Positions 34,716 to 48,260 of a stretch of 64,000 bases of DNA are shown here, piece by piece (within the stretch, counting starts at the first letter, position 1; each line of letters begins with the position of its first letter). The notes below the pieces were generated by a model. The model worked only from the letters and a program-made list of their open reading frames with translations, had not been told where the DNA came from and ran no database searches. Position numbers and translations under genes: made by a program. Source of the DNA: Eledone cirrhosa (lineage: Eukaryota); the NCBI GenBank assembly GCA_964016885.1, contig OZ024743.1:122574001-122638000 (forward strand). The letters run 5' to 3'.

Positions 34716-34891
34716 AGGGAGGTGGATTGGCAGTATCTGTAGAGGGTCGGACGCCATGCTTTCCAGCATAGTTACGTCCCTTTACGATCTGAGTTCAAAT
34801 CCCACCGAGGTTGACTTTGCCTTTCATCCTTACGGGGTCGATAAAATAAAGTACCAGGGTAATTGCTGGCCTTGTGCCTAACGTAGAAACA
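34716..34891 (+). mobile_element. tRNA-derived SINE (family 1)
   Basis: B-box-like GAGTTCAAATCCC, core GACTTTGCCTTTCATCCTTACGGGGTCGATAAAATAAAGTACCAG, 3' end CCTTGTG..AGAAACA; at least 8 related copies in the window. Confidence 0.88.
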
Positions 34892-35222
34892 ATTATTTTA
34901 ATAATTCTCGTGAATATCTCTAAATATTTTATTCCTCCTTTGTAATAGTCAAAATATTTAGTCTTATAACATTGTGTCTCCTCAATTGACTATTTCAATT
35001 TCGCCTCATACCTACAATTACATGTGTTCGAATTGCAAATGACCAAGTTAGCTAGGTTGGAAAATACTAATTTAACATAATATGGTTTGCCTGTCTCGAT
35101 TTAAAATAATAAATCAATAAAAATAACAAACCTATATTGGCAATGGCCGTGATACCTGTATGAACACACACACACACTTCATATGAACACATACACACAC
35201 ACACACGCACACGCGCGCGCGA

Positions 35223-35261
<39 letters not shown>

Positions 35262-35481
35262 CAAACACATATATATACACTTATATATATATACACATAT
35301 ACATATATACATATATACACATATATAAACACATTTATATATATATGTGTGTGTATATGTATATACATATATATATGTGTGTATATATGTGTGTATATGT
35401 ATGTATATGTATGTGTTTGTATATATGTGTATATATATATGTGTGTGTACGTGTGTATATATATGTGTGTATAGGTGTACG

Positions 35482-35537
<56 letters not shown>

Positions 35538-35635
35538 CGTGTGTATGCCTGAGAGCGTGTGTGTGCGTGCATGTATATGTATATGTATGTGTATATATGT
35601 ATATGTGTATATATATATGTGTGTATATGTATGTG

Positions 35636-35666
<31 letters not shown>

Positions 35667-36499
35667 GTATATATGTGTGTGTATGTGTGTATATGTATAT
35701 ATCTGTATATGTATGTGTATATATATGTATATATGTATATATATATATATGTGTGTGTATGTATATATATATATATATATATGTGTATGTATATACATAT
35801 ATACAAATATATATAAATATATATATGTATATGTATGCGTATGTATGTACACATATATTAATATGTGTATGTATGTATGTATTTGTATGTATGTGTGTAT
35901 GTACCATTATGTATGTTTGTTGTGTGTGTGACTGCCTGTGTGTGTGTGACTGCCTGTGTGTGTGTACGTGTAAGTGTGTGTACGTGTGTAAGTGGGCGCA
36001 TGTGTGAATGCGTTTGTCGACACCTGGAATATATATTAAGAGAAACTTCACTATAGGGGGTTCACCCCAACACTTGAATCTGTTGATAGAACCTTATCTG
36101 CCTTTGTCACCCTCATTTTAGCCTTAAAGAAGTAGCTTCTAAAGAATTTCCCTTTTCTTTAAACCATTGAAACCCACCCATCCTGTAGACACCTGTCTTA
36201 CAGACATTGTTACTTTAAGTGATAAACAAGGATTGGTATTCCAATTTTGAACTTGTTTTCAGTATTCTCTCTGCCTTTGTTTATATTATAGGTTTAAAGA
36301 ATTAGCTTTTAATGAATCCCCTTTCTTTAAATCCTTCAACCAATGACCTACACCCATCCCAATCCCCACCCTCTCCTACCACCAGATAAGGAAAGACATA
36401 AATACTACCATTTACTTGGACAGCCAGCTTCCTGATGATTTCTCACGAATGAAACAGTTCTAGTCCTATAGAAGCTCTTCTATATTAAAATTATATATG

Positions 36500-36536
<37 letters not shown>

Positions 36537-36666
36537 ATAAATCTACCAAGAGTTTACGGTAGTGTCCAATCCGTATGGAGAACTCAATGTATTCCGGATA
36601 TCATGGAAAGAAGAGATGTAATGAAAAACCACTTTCGGTGAAAGATAAACGGTATACAGAGTCAAG

Positions 36667-36966
36667 ATAAAATATTAAACAAATAATGAATAAACAATTC
36701 CTTATATTAAACAAAAAAAGTTCATTATTTAACGATCGTTTCTAGGATATATATGAGTATAAGTAAGTGCATATGTATGTATGATTATATTTCTAATTCT
36801 ATGTATGAATATACATGTATATATATGTGTGTATGTAAGTTGTGTGTGTATGTATGTATATGTCTATGTGTGTATGTATATATATATATGTATATCGATG
36901 TACGTATATGTATGTACATGTATGTCTATGTATGTATGTATGTGTATGTATATTTGGGTGTATGTG

Positions 36967-37006
<40 letters not shown>

Positions 37007-37268
37007 TGTATGTGTATATATATATATGTATATATCTTTATTATTTATTTTTTATATATATGTGTATGTGTGTATGTGTTGCGTGTGTGTGTGTGTGTGT
37101 ATATATATCTTTATATATGTGTATGTGTATGTTCGTGTAGATATATGTGTGTGTATGACTTTATATGTATGTGTGTATGTATGTATGCGTATATATTTCT
37201 GTGTGTGTGTGTACATGTATGTATGTGTATATATCTGTATGTATATGTTATGTGTATTTGTATGTGTA

Positions 37269-37318
<50 letters not shown>

Positions 37319-37341
37319 ATATATATGTATGTGTATATGTA

Positions 37342-37401
<60 letters not shown>

Positions 37402-37791
37402 TTTCTATTTGTATATGTATGTTGTGTATAGGTATATACCTTTCTCTTTGTATTTCTATGTTGTGTGATAGTGTAGTGGTGTTAGTATGGATATACCGAT
37501 ATATAGATGCGTAAGTATTTGTCTGTATGTATATATGTAAATCTGTATATATTTGTGTGTATATATAGCTATGTATGTGTATATCTGTATGTATATTAGT
37601 ATGTAAGTGTTGTATATTTGCATGTATGTGTGTATATGTATATGTTTATATATGTGTGTGTATGTATGTTCTTAGTGTGGATGTGTGTATATGTATGTAT
37701 GTATTTATATATGTGTGTATATTTATGTATGGATGTGTTAGTGTCTATGTGTGTATATATATGTATGTTTTTTTATATATATATATATATA

Positions 37792-37840
<49 letters not shown>

Positions 37841-38704
37841 ATGTATGTGTATATGTGTATATTTATTTTCTTGATATATTTCTTTTTTCTTTTTTCTTTT
37901 TTCTTTTTTCTGTTTTTCTTTCTATTCTTTCCTCCTTAATGTTTTATTTATTATGTTTTATTTGTTTTATTTTTCTTAGTTTATAGATACATTTATATTA
38001 GGCAGTCTGTTCAGACCGTTGAATACTGACCCCTCCCCCCCCCCCTCCCACCTAATTTCTGTATCTTGATCTGAAAATGTGTATGCCAGTGTTTTATGTG
38101 AGTGAATTAATATCCATGTGCTTATGATTTTATATCCACATATATAAATGTGAGTGGGGGTGTGTGTGTGTTTGTATGTTCGTGGTTATGTGTATATTTA
38201 TGCATATACGCGCGTGTATGTGTGATTGTACGGATATGTGTGAGTATGAAAAAATATATTTATATACTTAACTTCATAAGTGTCAATAACTCACAGAGAC
38301 ATTAACCTTGAAAATTTTGTATTTGCATCCATCTTTTTAGTATGCGTATACAATTTATACATACATTTTTGTAAAATATGTGTAAGGGTTTTACATGTAT
38401 ATACACACACCGAACTGCATTTAACCCTTTGTGTTTTCATTGGTCAATTTTTGTTCCCAAACGGACCTGAAATTTTGAATTGTTGTTATTATCAATAAAT
38501 ATACTTCATTATTTCTGAAGACGGCGTATATATGTGTTTGGTATGTATATTTAATCTTGATAATTTGTATAATTTTGTATAATTTTGTACATAGATCTGT
38601 TGAATATGCATACCAATTCTAACACATATATATCCTAGAAACGATCGTTAAATAATGAACTTTTTTTGTTTAATATAAGGAATTGTTTATTCATTATTTG
38701 TTTA

Positions 38705-38713
<9 letters not shown>
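36667..38713 (+). mobile_element. Non-autonomous PLE-like element with 89-bp inverted terminal repeats and a microsatellite-rich body
   Basis: 36667-36755 is the reverse complement of 38625-38713; hammerhead fold at the right end. Confidence 0.75.
38505..38659 (+). ncRNA. Type I hammerhead ribozyme fold with very long stem II
   Basis: Stem I TTCATTATTT/AAATAATGAA; CTGAAGA 38515-38521; GAAA 38638-38641; stem III AC-GATC-GT; GUU site. Confidence 0.7.
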
Positions 38714-38789
<76 letters not shown>

Positions 38790-39490
38790 TATAAATTATG
38801 TTCATAGAATCATTTGATAAGATATATACACCATTTCCTCTCCCAATTAGCATATTCAACCACAGAAAAAAAACAATTAAACCAGGCTATAAGATTAAAA
38901 GGGAACTATGAAGAAATAATAGATATATAAACGACAGCCATCTATTCGCGATCAACAGCTATAGAATATTTACCCAGCATTTCAATAGCACGTGGAAATC
39001 GATTAAATATATCGTCAACCATACACAATTAGGTATAAAATTAAAGTTAGAATTTCGTTCGCTTTTGGAAATATCCTATCAAGGATAAATTCTCGAGCTT
39101 CGAACTCACCAGGAAACAAACTCACTTGGACGAATATTTTTCTTAAATGAGCCCCGCCAGAAACGAATTCAAAATGGCTAACGACTGTGACGTGGTCAAG
39201 TCAGAAAGAATGTGATTTGTGCCTTACGGCGAGTGGGCTGGTTGCTAGAAAGCGCAGCCTAATATTGCCTAAATTGCATCTCAACCTTATGGGAGATTAT
39301 CAAATATAAAGATTTACATATACACAAACTAGACAAAGTCATAGATATATCTAAAGCCGGATCTTATGAAATTGTTTGCTTAAACTTTTAAGGTGTGCTT
39401 ATAATAAATATTTGCTCAACGGGTTTATATAAACTTATATATACATAACACTTATCGATTCAGCTCTTGATTTTGATCTTTATCTTTACT

Positions 39491-39588
<98 letters not shown>

Positions 39589-39601
39589 CATACATACATA
39601 C

Positions 39602-39668
<67 letters not shown>

Positions 39669-39676
39669 AGTCTCTC

Positions 39677-39784
<108 letters not shown>

Positions 39785-40740
39785 ACTTTAAACATGATTA
39801 GAATCCAATGCTGAAGTAATTTGGTACATTGATTCATGGATTATGTCTTAAATATTCTAGTTAACTGAATTCTCACAACATATAATTTAGATCTTGAACT
39901 AATTATATAAATAGATACCTTTAAGGACCTTTTCTAGATATCTGGAAACATGTATATTCTGGAATTCAGAAAAGAAACAACCGCAAATGCATACTACACC
40001 ATTAAAAGCCGATCGATTTTCCATGAAAAGTATGGGTTTAGGCATAGAAATGTATGTACAACAGCTTCGAAACATTAATTATCGCCAAACCAACTCTAAA
40101 TTCAAATGTACATTTAGTTTCCGACGACCGGAAAAGAAATAGTAAAATAAAAATAAGAAAAATCAGAATTAGTAATTTTCATTTTTATTAGCTTCGTAAT
40201 ATAAGATAACTTATGGCATGAAAATTAATCAAACAAATTTTATCCCCGAAAAACATACGTTTCATTAATTAAATGTAGAATATCTATTTGCCGTATAGTA
40301 CTAAGAAACGAAGAAAGATGCAAACAGATTTGGTTAAGAAATAAAAAGGAGGTTGTAATTAGGTGATTAGAAAGAAAGAAAGGAGGCTTTAACTCCTGGT
40401 GAAATCGAAGGGTCGCCGTTCTGACGCCCTGTCTTGGGCATTTTGAAAATGGCGAAGCACATCACTCTTCATATGAACACAGCCGATTTTGTTCAGAGAA
40501 GGAGAGAGGGAGAGCGAGAGAATCTGATAAAAAGAGATAGAGGGGGAATCGATTGCAGTACTGGATTGGTTCTTCATTTATCAACTATAAAAAGGCTGAA
40601 AAGTAAAGTTGTCCGAGAAATGCAGGGTTCAATTCTTCACATGTCTCTAACCACAGTTTACTTTACCCAAGGATACCACAGGGATACTTTACCCAATTTT
40701 CTCAGCTATTATTGATGGATCGGCTATTACTATTATTAAT

Positions 40741-40920
40741 TGTTTCTACTTTTGGCACAAGGCCAGCAATTACTCAGTGCATTACTGGTACTTTATTTTA
40801 TCGACCCCGTAAGGATGAAAGGCAAAGTTAACCTCGGCGGGATTTGAACTCAGAATTTAAAGGGGCGTAACTCTATGCGTCAAAGCATGGCGTCCGACCC
40901 TCTACTGATACTGCCGATCC
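40741..40920 (-). mobile_element. SINE family 1
   Basis: Reverse-complement match to 34716-34891. Confidence 0.88.
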
Positions 40921-40953
40921 ATGCGTGCGCACATACATTGGCTTACACAATAC

Positions 40954-40991
<38 letters not shown>

Positions 40992-41281
40992 TTAGTTAAG
41001 CAAAACAAGACCACAAATTTCACAATGAAGACATTATTTAAAGATTGTCAACATATTTAGTTTGATGTAAGGAATTTAGAGAATAATAATAATAATAATA
41101 ATATTAATAATAATAATGCTCGTTTACAATTGTTTCGCTACTCCGTATAATATTTCTGGATCAGATGACTATGTATCATAATTGATCTGGTTCAGTTGAA
41201 AATAATTAACATATTTAAAAAAACAGAGTGGCTCATCGGAACTCAAAGGAATATAAATTAAAATAATGTTACATAATATAT

Positions 41282-41345
<64 letters not shown>

Positions 41346-43178
41346 GTTCGCGTATGTAAGCATGTAAATATATGAGTACGTGTTTAATGATTGCCATCAA
41401 AAGTTACAAGTATTCATAACCATGATGTTTAAGAAACAAATATTCCAGCACTGTTATGTATATAATTAAAATCCATTGCGAATACCCAAATCATACAATA
41501 AATTGCTATTTCAATAACTTACATATTCAACCATTTCACCACCATCCCTTCACCTTTCTCTCTTTTTAAGTGCCACACACACACGCGCGCGCACACACAC
41601 ACATACAGAAAATCTTGTGAAACCAATACAAATGCACTATAAATGATATTTTATTATGGGAGTGTAAAAAGTATACATATTATTACAGACGGTGTTTTAA
41701 TACTAAATTTAAACAGCGCAATACCGTTGTGACAATTGCCATGTTTTGGCTTGTGGCCTTATCTCTAATCTCCTGACAAAATCCTCTAAAACATTACATG
41801 GTGTGTTTGTTGATAGTAACATTACCACACCCTAAATAAATATTTAGAAAACAAAAACAAAACAAAAACAGTGAAAACCCCGAAATATCTTCTCTATTGT
41901 TTTATCAAATGCTATATTTTTATGGACGAAAATAACGCTTTTCAAAGGATAAGGAAATATTTTTATGGTTATTTCGGTTATTATTTCATATTTTGTTTTG
42001 AAGAAAGTTCATGCTAATAAAAGCAGAAATATTCCCATTTGGGAAAAAGAAAAACGAAAATGACTTACTATAATTAAGTATGTTAAGAGATCTCTTACTG
42101 ATGAATGTTGAAACAACTTTCGCTATTCTCTTAATGCGGCATAGAGATATGTAGAAAACATCACCGAACCATTTCACGTTGTTTATTGTTTGACTTGAAC
42201 TTAATAGTCAAACATCATAACTGATGTTTTTGTATATAACGTACTATTAGAATCATTAATTTTATATACGACCCTTGAAAATATTCTCTTTAAATACATA
42301 TCCATAACCTGATACGTATTTAATTTCTGTAGAATCAATATTTGGAGAAATAATATTTTTCTGGGGTTATATATCTTAGAGTTTCTGTTATACGCCCCAA
42401 TTAATTAGTGCGTCAGCAATATCACATAGCCACTCAACAATGCTGTTGAGAGTAAATACCTCTAGGGAAGCGCTCTTTATACAAAATTATATATAGTAAA
42501 CTCTCTCGTGTGTAATATAGTGAGCTTAAAAACTTCGATTAACTGAAATTATCGAAGCAGTTAGTAGATAAAATCTGCCCTCGTGTGTTTAAACTCTAAA
42601 ACAACATGCAAGGGAGTTAATTCCATTAAGATGAATTTATCGAAATTTTCATCTAATGTAGACAATGCAAATTGCTCTTTAGAGCCAATTAATGAAACCA
42701 CCGGGCATGTTTCGTTATTATTGGAGCTCCTCAACGAAACCTATTTACCTCCGTTGATAAGACTAAGTGTAATCTAGCATTATTCATTCTATACCCAAAT
42801 ACGGCCCGGTCTTACATATGTAACAAAGTAAGTAAAAAATATTTTATAAACTGTGGTTATCCAAAGGATTGGTAGATAAAACAACCCTTTGAGTTTATTT
42901 CAAATCTAAAACGTTATTTTTCCAATTCAAGAAAGCGTTCAAATATAAGTTTGAAAGCAGAGGCAACAGAAATTAGTTACAGTTAGATCCTGTTAACAAA
43001 TCTCCATACGGTTTAAATACACAGAAAGTCTCTCCGATTTCCGAATGACTCAGGAGTAATGACCTGGATGCAGCCTAGCCACCTCAGAGTGTAAGAAGTT
43101 AAGGGCCGAAACACTCGCTCGACAGGAGTTTCTTCTTTGAAGACCCTCTGCTGTCTGTCCAGCTCTCCTGAGAGTTTC

Positions 43179-43221
<43 letters not shown>

Positions 43222-43508
43222 AAAAATTAATATAGTTCGTTGATTACTCAACGAATACATTATTACAATAGATTAGAAGCACTCAACAGCTAAAAAAAAT
43301 ATGGCTGGAGTTATAATATTTGAAATTATTCAAATATTATACTGCCAATACTGGAATTGAATAATCAAAACCGTAGCGGTATGTCACATATCAAATCATA
43401 TATCTTGTCTGATGAACACGTACGTAAAAACATCATTGTACCTTTGAAATATGTATAATAAAATATATATTTTGATTATGAGAATATTTTTCATTTATTA
43501 ACATTTTG

Positions 43509-43606
<98 letters not shown>

Positions 43607-44729
43607 ATATATAAAACAGAGGATGTCTGTCTGTGTAAATACCTAAAACTCGAGAAGTACCCGACTTTCCGAGATTTCAAACTTTACACATGCGTAACTT
43701 AACTTTTTCTGCCCTAGAGCCCGCATTAGGCGAAAAGCCCCATTTTGAAGGCATTTTTAGGGTTTTTTGAGTCGTAAATTAAAGATAATCCAGCCGATTT
43801 CTTCGAAATTTGCAGCACACATTAGTTAGTCTCCTCGCATTGCTGTGGACAAAAAAATGTCCGATTCCATTAATGGTTCTTAGGAAATTTACGAATTAGC
43901 ATTAGGCATTACATACCATTTTCATTTTCAATATAAACGCTACTTAAACATCGTAAGTAACGTATAATATTTCGTTAAAAATTTGGTTTATTTAACCGAG
44001 GACACAACACTTAGTTTTAAGCAGGACCATTTTCGGGGAATTGAGGAAATGAGGAGGACCTTAAAATTTTTGTCGGCGCCCTGTTGACGCTTCGTGCTTT
44101 CATCACGCGCAAATCCGGAACCTGTGTAGGTTGCTGTGTTATTGACACCGTAAAATTCACGTCTGTGCTACTTCTTCTAAGACCCCATTTGTTGCACCTA
44201 CACCGCAATATGAACGCCTTGCGCAAGTACGCCGAACAGCGGCTGTGCTAATTCCGCGGTAACCCCTTTTGTCGCACCTTCGTTGTTGTTAAACGCAGTG
44301 CAACCAGTGCCGCACAGCGTTTGTGCTAATTACACTATGACCCCTTCTGCTGCAGCTGCGTTGTCCCGATGATTTCGTCATCTCAATATCCCTACTTAAA
44401 CGTACATCCCTACTTGGTTTTCACACAATTGACTACATCGCTCCTTCAGACTGACGTGTGTTCCCCATCCGTGACGTAATTCGTGAACAGACTTACGACA
44501 TACATCGCCCCACAACACTTACTTACTACTTTCGCATAAAGGATTTCCGCAATCAGCCCACTGACACCGCTACTACTGAATTCGGCCTGCTTGTGTTCTA
44601 CGTTTCAAGTAGATGAACAATCATTCCCTGAGAATAAGGGAATTCAAAATTGTACACAGCTACATTCCTTAATCTTTGCATATGCGTGTTGCTATTTCAC
44701 GTTTCCTACCCCGTACAACGCCGGGTCCT
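43607..44729 (+). mobile_element. Non-autonomous Helitron-like element
   Basis: 5' TATATAAAA..GTCTGTCTGT start and 3' hairpin CCCGTACAACGCCGGG followed by GCTATT (degenerate CTAG), typical of invertebrate Helitron ends. Confidence 0.6.
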
Positions 44730-44734
44730 GCTGC

Positions 44735-44829
<95 letters not shown>

Positions 44830-45412
44830 TGTGATAGATAGAGAGAGAGAATATGCAGAGGATATGTTTTTTCTTATTTCTTGTGGCAAAATATTATCGT
44901 TTGATATCAGTAAAATTAACACCATGTTTTCAGCTTCTGGAAATGGTTCAACGGGTTTAGGAAGAGATTATTCCCTGCATAAATCTTTACAAATTTGTGA
45001 CTGACATTAATATTTTGTTAACTCTGTCTTCTTAGTCCTCACAAATCTGAAATACAAAATCTAGTGTTTAAAAATAGTAGATGGATGCTCAATGTATTAA
45101 AATAAGCATAGCAGAACATGTTTTGATATATGTAAATGGAAAAGAAAATTTAGAATTATATTTGGTCAGTTTATCCATTTTAAATTAATTACAAGTTTCA
45201 TGGAGAGGGAGGACAAATGGTTGTTGTTTATATTAAATCGGTAGATAACACGACATCGTAATACTAGAATTTTCTTTAGGCATAAATTGTAGGTATGAGG
45301 CGAAATTGAAATAGTCAATTGAGGAGACACAATGTTATAAGACTAAATATTTTGACTATTACAAAGGAGGAATAAAATATTTAGAGATATTCACGAGAAT
45401 TATTAAAATAAT

Positions 45413-45585
45413 TGTTTCTACGTTAGGCACAAGGCCAGCAATTACCCTGGTACTTTATTTTATCGACCCCGTAAGGATAAAAGGCAAAGTCAACCTCGAC
45501 GGGATTTGAACTCAGATCGTAAAGGGACGTAACTATGCTGGAAAGCATGGCGTCCGACCCTCTACCGATACTGCCAATCCACCGC
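45413..45585 (-). mobile_element. SINE family 1 with 16-bp TSD
   Basis: GAATTATTAAAATAAT at 45397-45412 and 45586-45601. Confidence 0.9.
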
Positions 45586-45774
45586 GAATTATTAAAATAA
45601 TGATTATGTTAATGAGTAGTACCTATAAGAGCAGTTGTAGATGCCTTATGGTTATCGTGAGATAAGTAGAAATAAAAAAAGAATGTTCATAAATATTTTC
45701 TAAATAAATATACATGAAAGAGAGAGGTCTCATGTAGAGAAGTAAAAATTATTTATATTCTTGACTTAAATAAT

Positions 45775-45969
45775 TGTTTCTACTTTTGGCACACGGCCAG
45801 CAAATACCCAGTGTATTACTGGTACTTTATTTTATCGACCCCGTAAGGATGAAAGGCAAAGTTAACCTCGGCGGGATTTGAACTCAGAATGACAAGGGCC
45901 GTAACTCTATGCGTCAAAGCATGGCGTCCGACCCTCTACCGATACTGCCAGTCCACCACCCTGGTTTAC
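45775..45969 (-). mobile_element. SINE family 1 with 18-bp TSD
   Basis: ATTCTTGACTTAAATAAT at 45757-45774 and 45970-45987. Confidence 0.9.
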
Positions 45970-46994
45970 ATTCTTGACTTAAATAATCTCATGAGATTAT
46001 AAATAATTTAATGTGGACGAAAATTGAACACGACTGCAAAATACTGCGAGGATTTAGTTGTAAAGTGAAAACATTTAATATTCAAAGTTCGATATATGAA
46101 AGACACACAGATTGTGATATATAGATTAGTTCGAAACTAAAAAGAAAAAAAGAAACTGAGGATATTTCTTTTAATTACATTTTAAATAAAATTCTTAGAG
46201 AATCTCAAAATCTTTTTTTAACAACTTAGATAAAAACATATTTTATTAATTCAGAACAATTGGGAATCTTATTCATTGTAGATTTATTTTAAGATATTGC
46301 TTTCTTTCGACTCACAGCACTCATATATACACATATTGTTTGTGAATATGGATGAATGTATTCCATAAGTATTACTAAATGTAGATCTTTTATAGGAAAA
46401 TAATTGAGAACGGTATCCCAGTGCTTCAGTAGAAATTTGAGTGCATTTATAATTGTTTTTTTCCCCCTTTATATTTCACCATATTCCTTTCAATATATTT
46501 TACAATTTTGCACGCGTAAATTTCTCCCTAATATTTGCCCAACATTTTGAATATTTCATTCATTATCTAACGTTTTGATCTTCTATAAGTCGTTAAGGTT
46601 AAAGAGTGCAAGTAAAACACAAAACTAACCAATAATCACTGATACACACCGCATTCAACATAAACAAACAAATAAACATTCCATTCTAGCAATTAATACT
46701 CTTTATATCAAAGTAAACGAGAAAAATGTGACTGCTGTTTATAAAGTGGTGGGTGTACTGACCGTACCGCTTCAATCTAGCCAAGTGTCAGCTATAATTA
46801 GACACTATTCAATCTCAACAGCCCATATTTATAAATGTACCGACTTCGCTAGACAATATTTCCGGATGTTGGCGACAAAATCGTTTTCTCACTTCCTTTC
46901 TTGTTTCCTCTTCAGTCTTTAGTTCATTTCAAACAAACTACTTACAACTGTTCTTCCAAATGGCAACAACAAACGATATTAGAAGTGCTATGAT

Positions 46995-47265
46995 AGTTAA
47001 TGTGAAGGTGCTTGGCAATCGTCAGATTTTGAGTTCGATTCCCGGACCGGGCGGTGCGTTGTGTTCCTTGAACAATACATTATATTTCACGTCACACCAG
47101 TTCACTAAACTAGAAAATAAAACTAGTTGGGACGTCGCTGGTACCAAGCTGTATCGAACTTTGCTTTTCCCGTTGGCTACATCAGTGGCATGGAGAGGGG
47201 AGACCGGTGTATATAGGCGACTGCTGGTCTTTCACAAAAACATCTTTCATGGCCGAAATTAATTT
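46995..47265 (+). mobile_element. Second tRNA-derived SINE-like element
   Basis: B-box GAGTTCGATTCCC followed by GTTGTGTTCCTTGAACAA.ACA, resembling conserved SINE central domains; boundaries approximate. Confidence 0.55.
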
Positions 47266-47726
47266 CTGAGGTTTATTCACACACGCACACACGCACATAC
47301 GCACAGAGAGAGAGAGAGAGAGAGTATGTATGTATATTTAATATTCTTTAGATACAACGTATTAATTCATTTCTATAAATGTTTATTTTCAATATAAAAA
47401 TGAAGGGGAAACAAAAGGAAAGACAGAATAGGGAAATATAGAAAACAAAGGAGAGAAAGAAAAGAGAAAAAGGACGGGAAGGAGATGGAATGGCAAGAGC
47501 TCTGAGTCGCAGAAGAGAAGGGAGGGGTGAAGGGGGTATGGTTTACTGTTCGTTTATCCAGTAAATTTGCGGTTAGACAAATAGAGTCGATAAATTAAGT
47601 ACCTAACTTGGTAAAATAAGTTCTAGATTCAATATAGGCTAAAGATTTCTAGGAGGGGCTACAGCATGTCAGCACTCTGAAATCACTGCTACCCCTCCCC
47701 CACAACGTATATATATATATATATAT

Positions 47727-47787
47727 ATTGTAAAGAGTTAGTACTCGACAGCAAGAGTTCAACCATCGTGCACTAACTCTTTACAAT
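47727..47787. repeat. Short inverted repeat (16-bp arms) next to (TA)n
   Basis: ATTGTAAAGAGTTAGT / ACTAACTCTTTACAAT. Confidence 0.8.
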
Positions 47788-47914
47788 GCTTACACATTAC
47801 TTTCTCAAGTATCGAGTGCTTAGATGAACAATAGGCGTACTAGCATAAACTGGTAACTCCTATTCTATCTATCTATATATCTATTTATACTGACATACAT
47901 ACACACACAACATA

Positions 47915-47947
<33 letters not shown>

Positions 47948-48091
47948 GCATACATACCTTGATATATATCTGTCAATGTGTGAATGAGAGCGTGTGCTTG
48001 TGCGTGTATCACCCAGACTGTATGTGCGCGTTTATTAATCGGTGTGTATGTAAAGAACTTTAATAAAAAAAACTATTTATAAGATAAACTA

Positions 48092-48260
48092 CCGTATTTC
48101 CCGGCGCCGAAGACGCTTCGTCCTCGAGGACGCACCCTAATTTTGACAACCAAAAATTTGAAAAAAAAAAAAATAAATAACCTTCGATCTCCAGAACGCA
48201 TGGTAAATCTTTTAGACTTATTTTAGGAAAAAAGTAGCGTCTTCGACGCCGGAAATACAG
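48092..48260. mobile_element. Tc1/mariner-superfamily MITE with TA target duplication
   Basis: TIRs CCGTATTTCCCGGCGCCGAAGACGC / GCGTCTTCGACGCCGGAAATACAG flanked by TA. Confidence 0.8.

Noticed and set aside
38830-39410. Faint PLE endonuclease-like relic and terminal motif; similar hint at 42500-42900
   Set aside because: Too degraded to support by eye; needs a translated HMM search.
43400-43445. CTGATGA motif here and at about 57090
   Set aside because: GAAA box and stems I/III missing; too weak to call.
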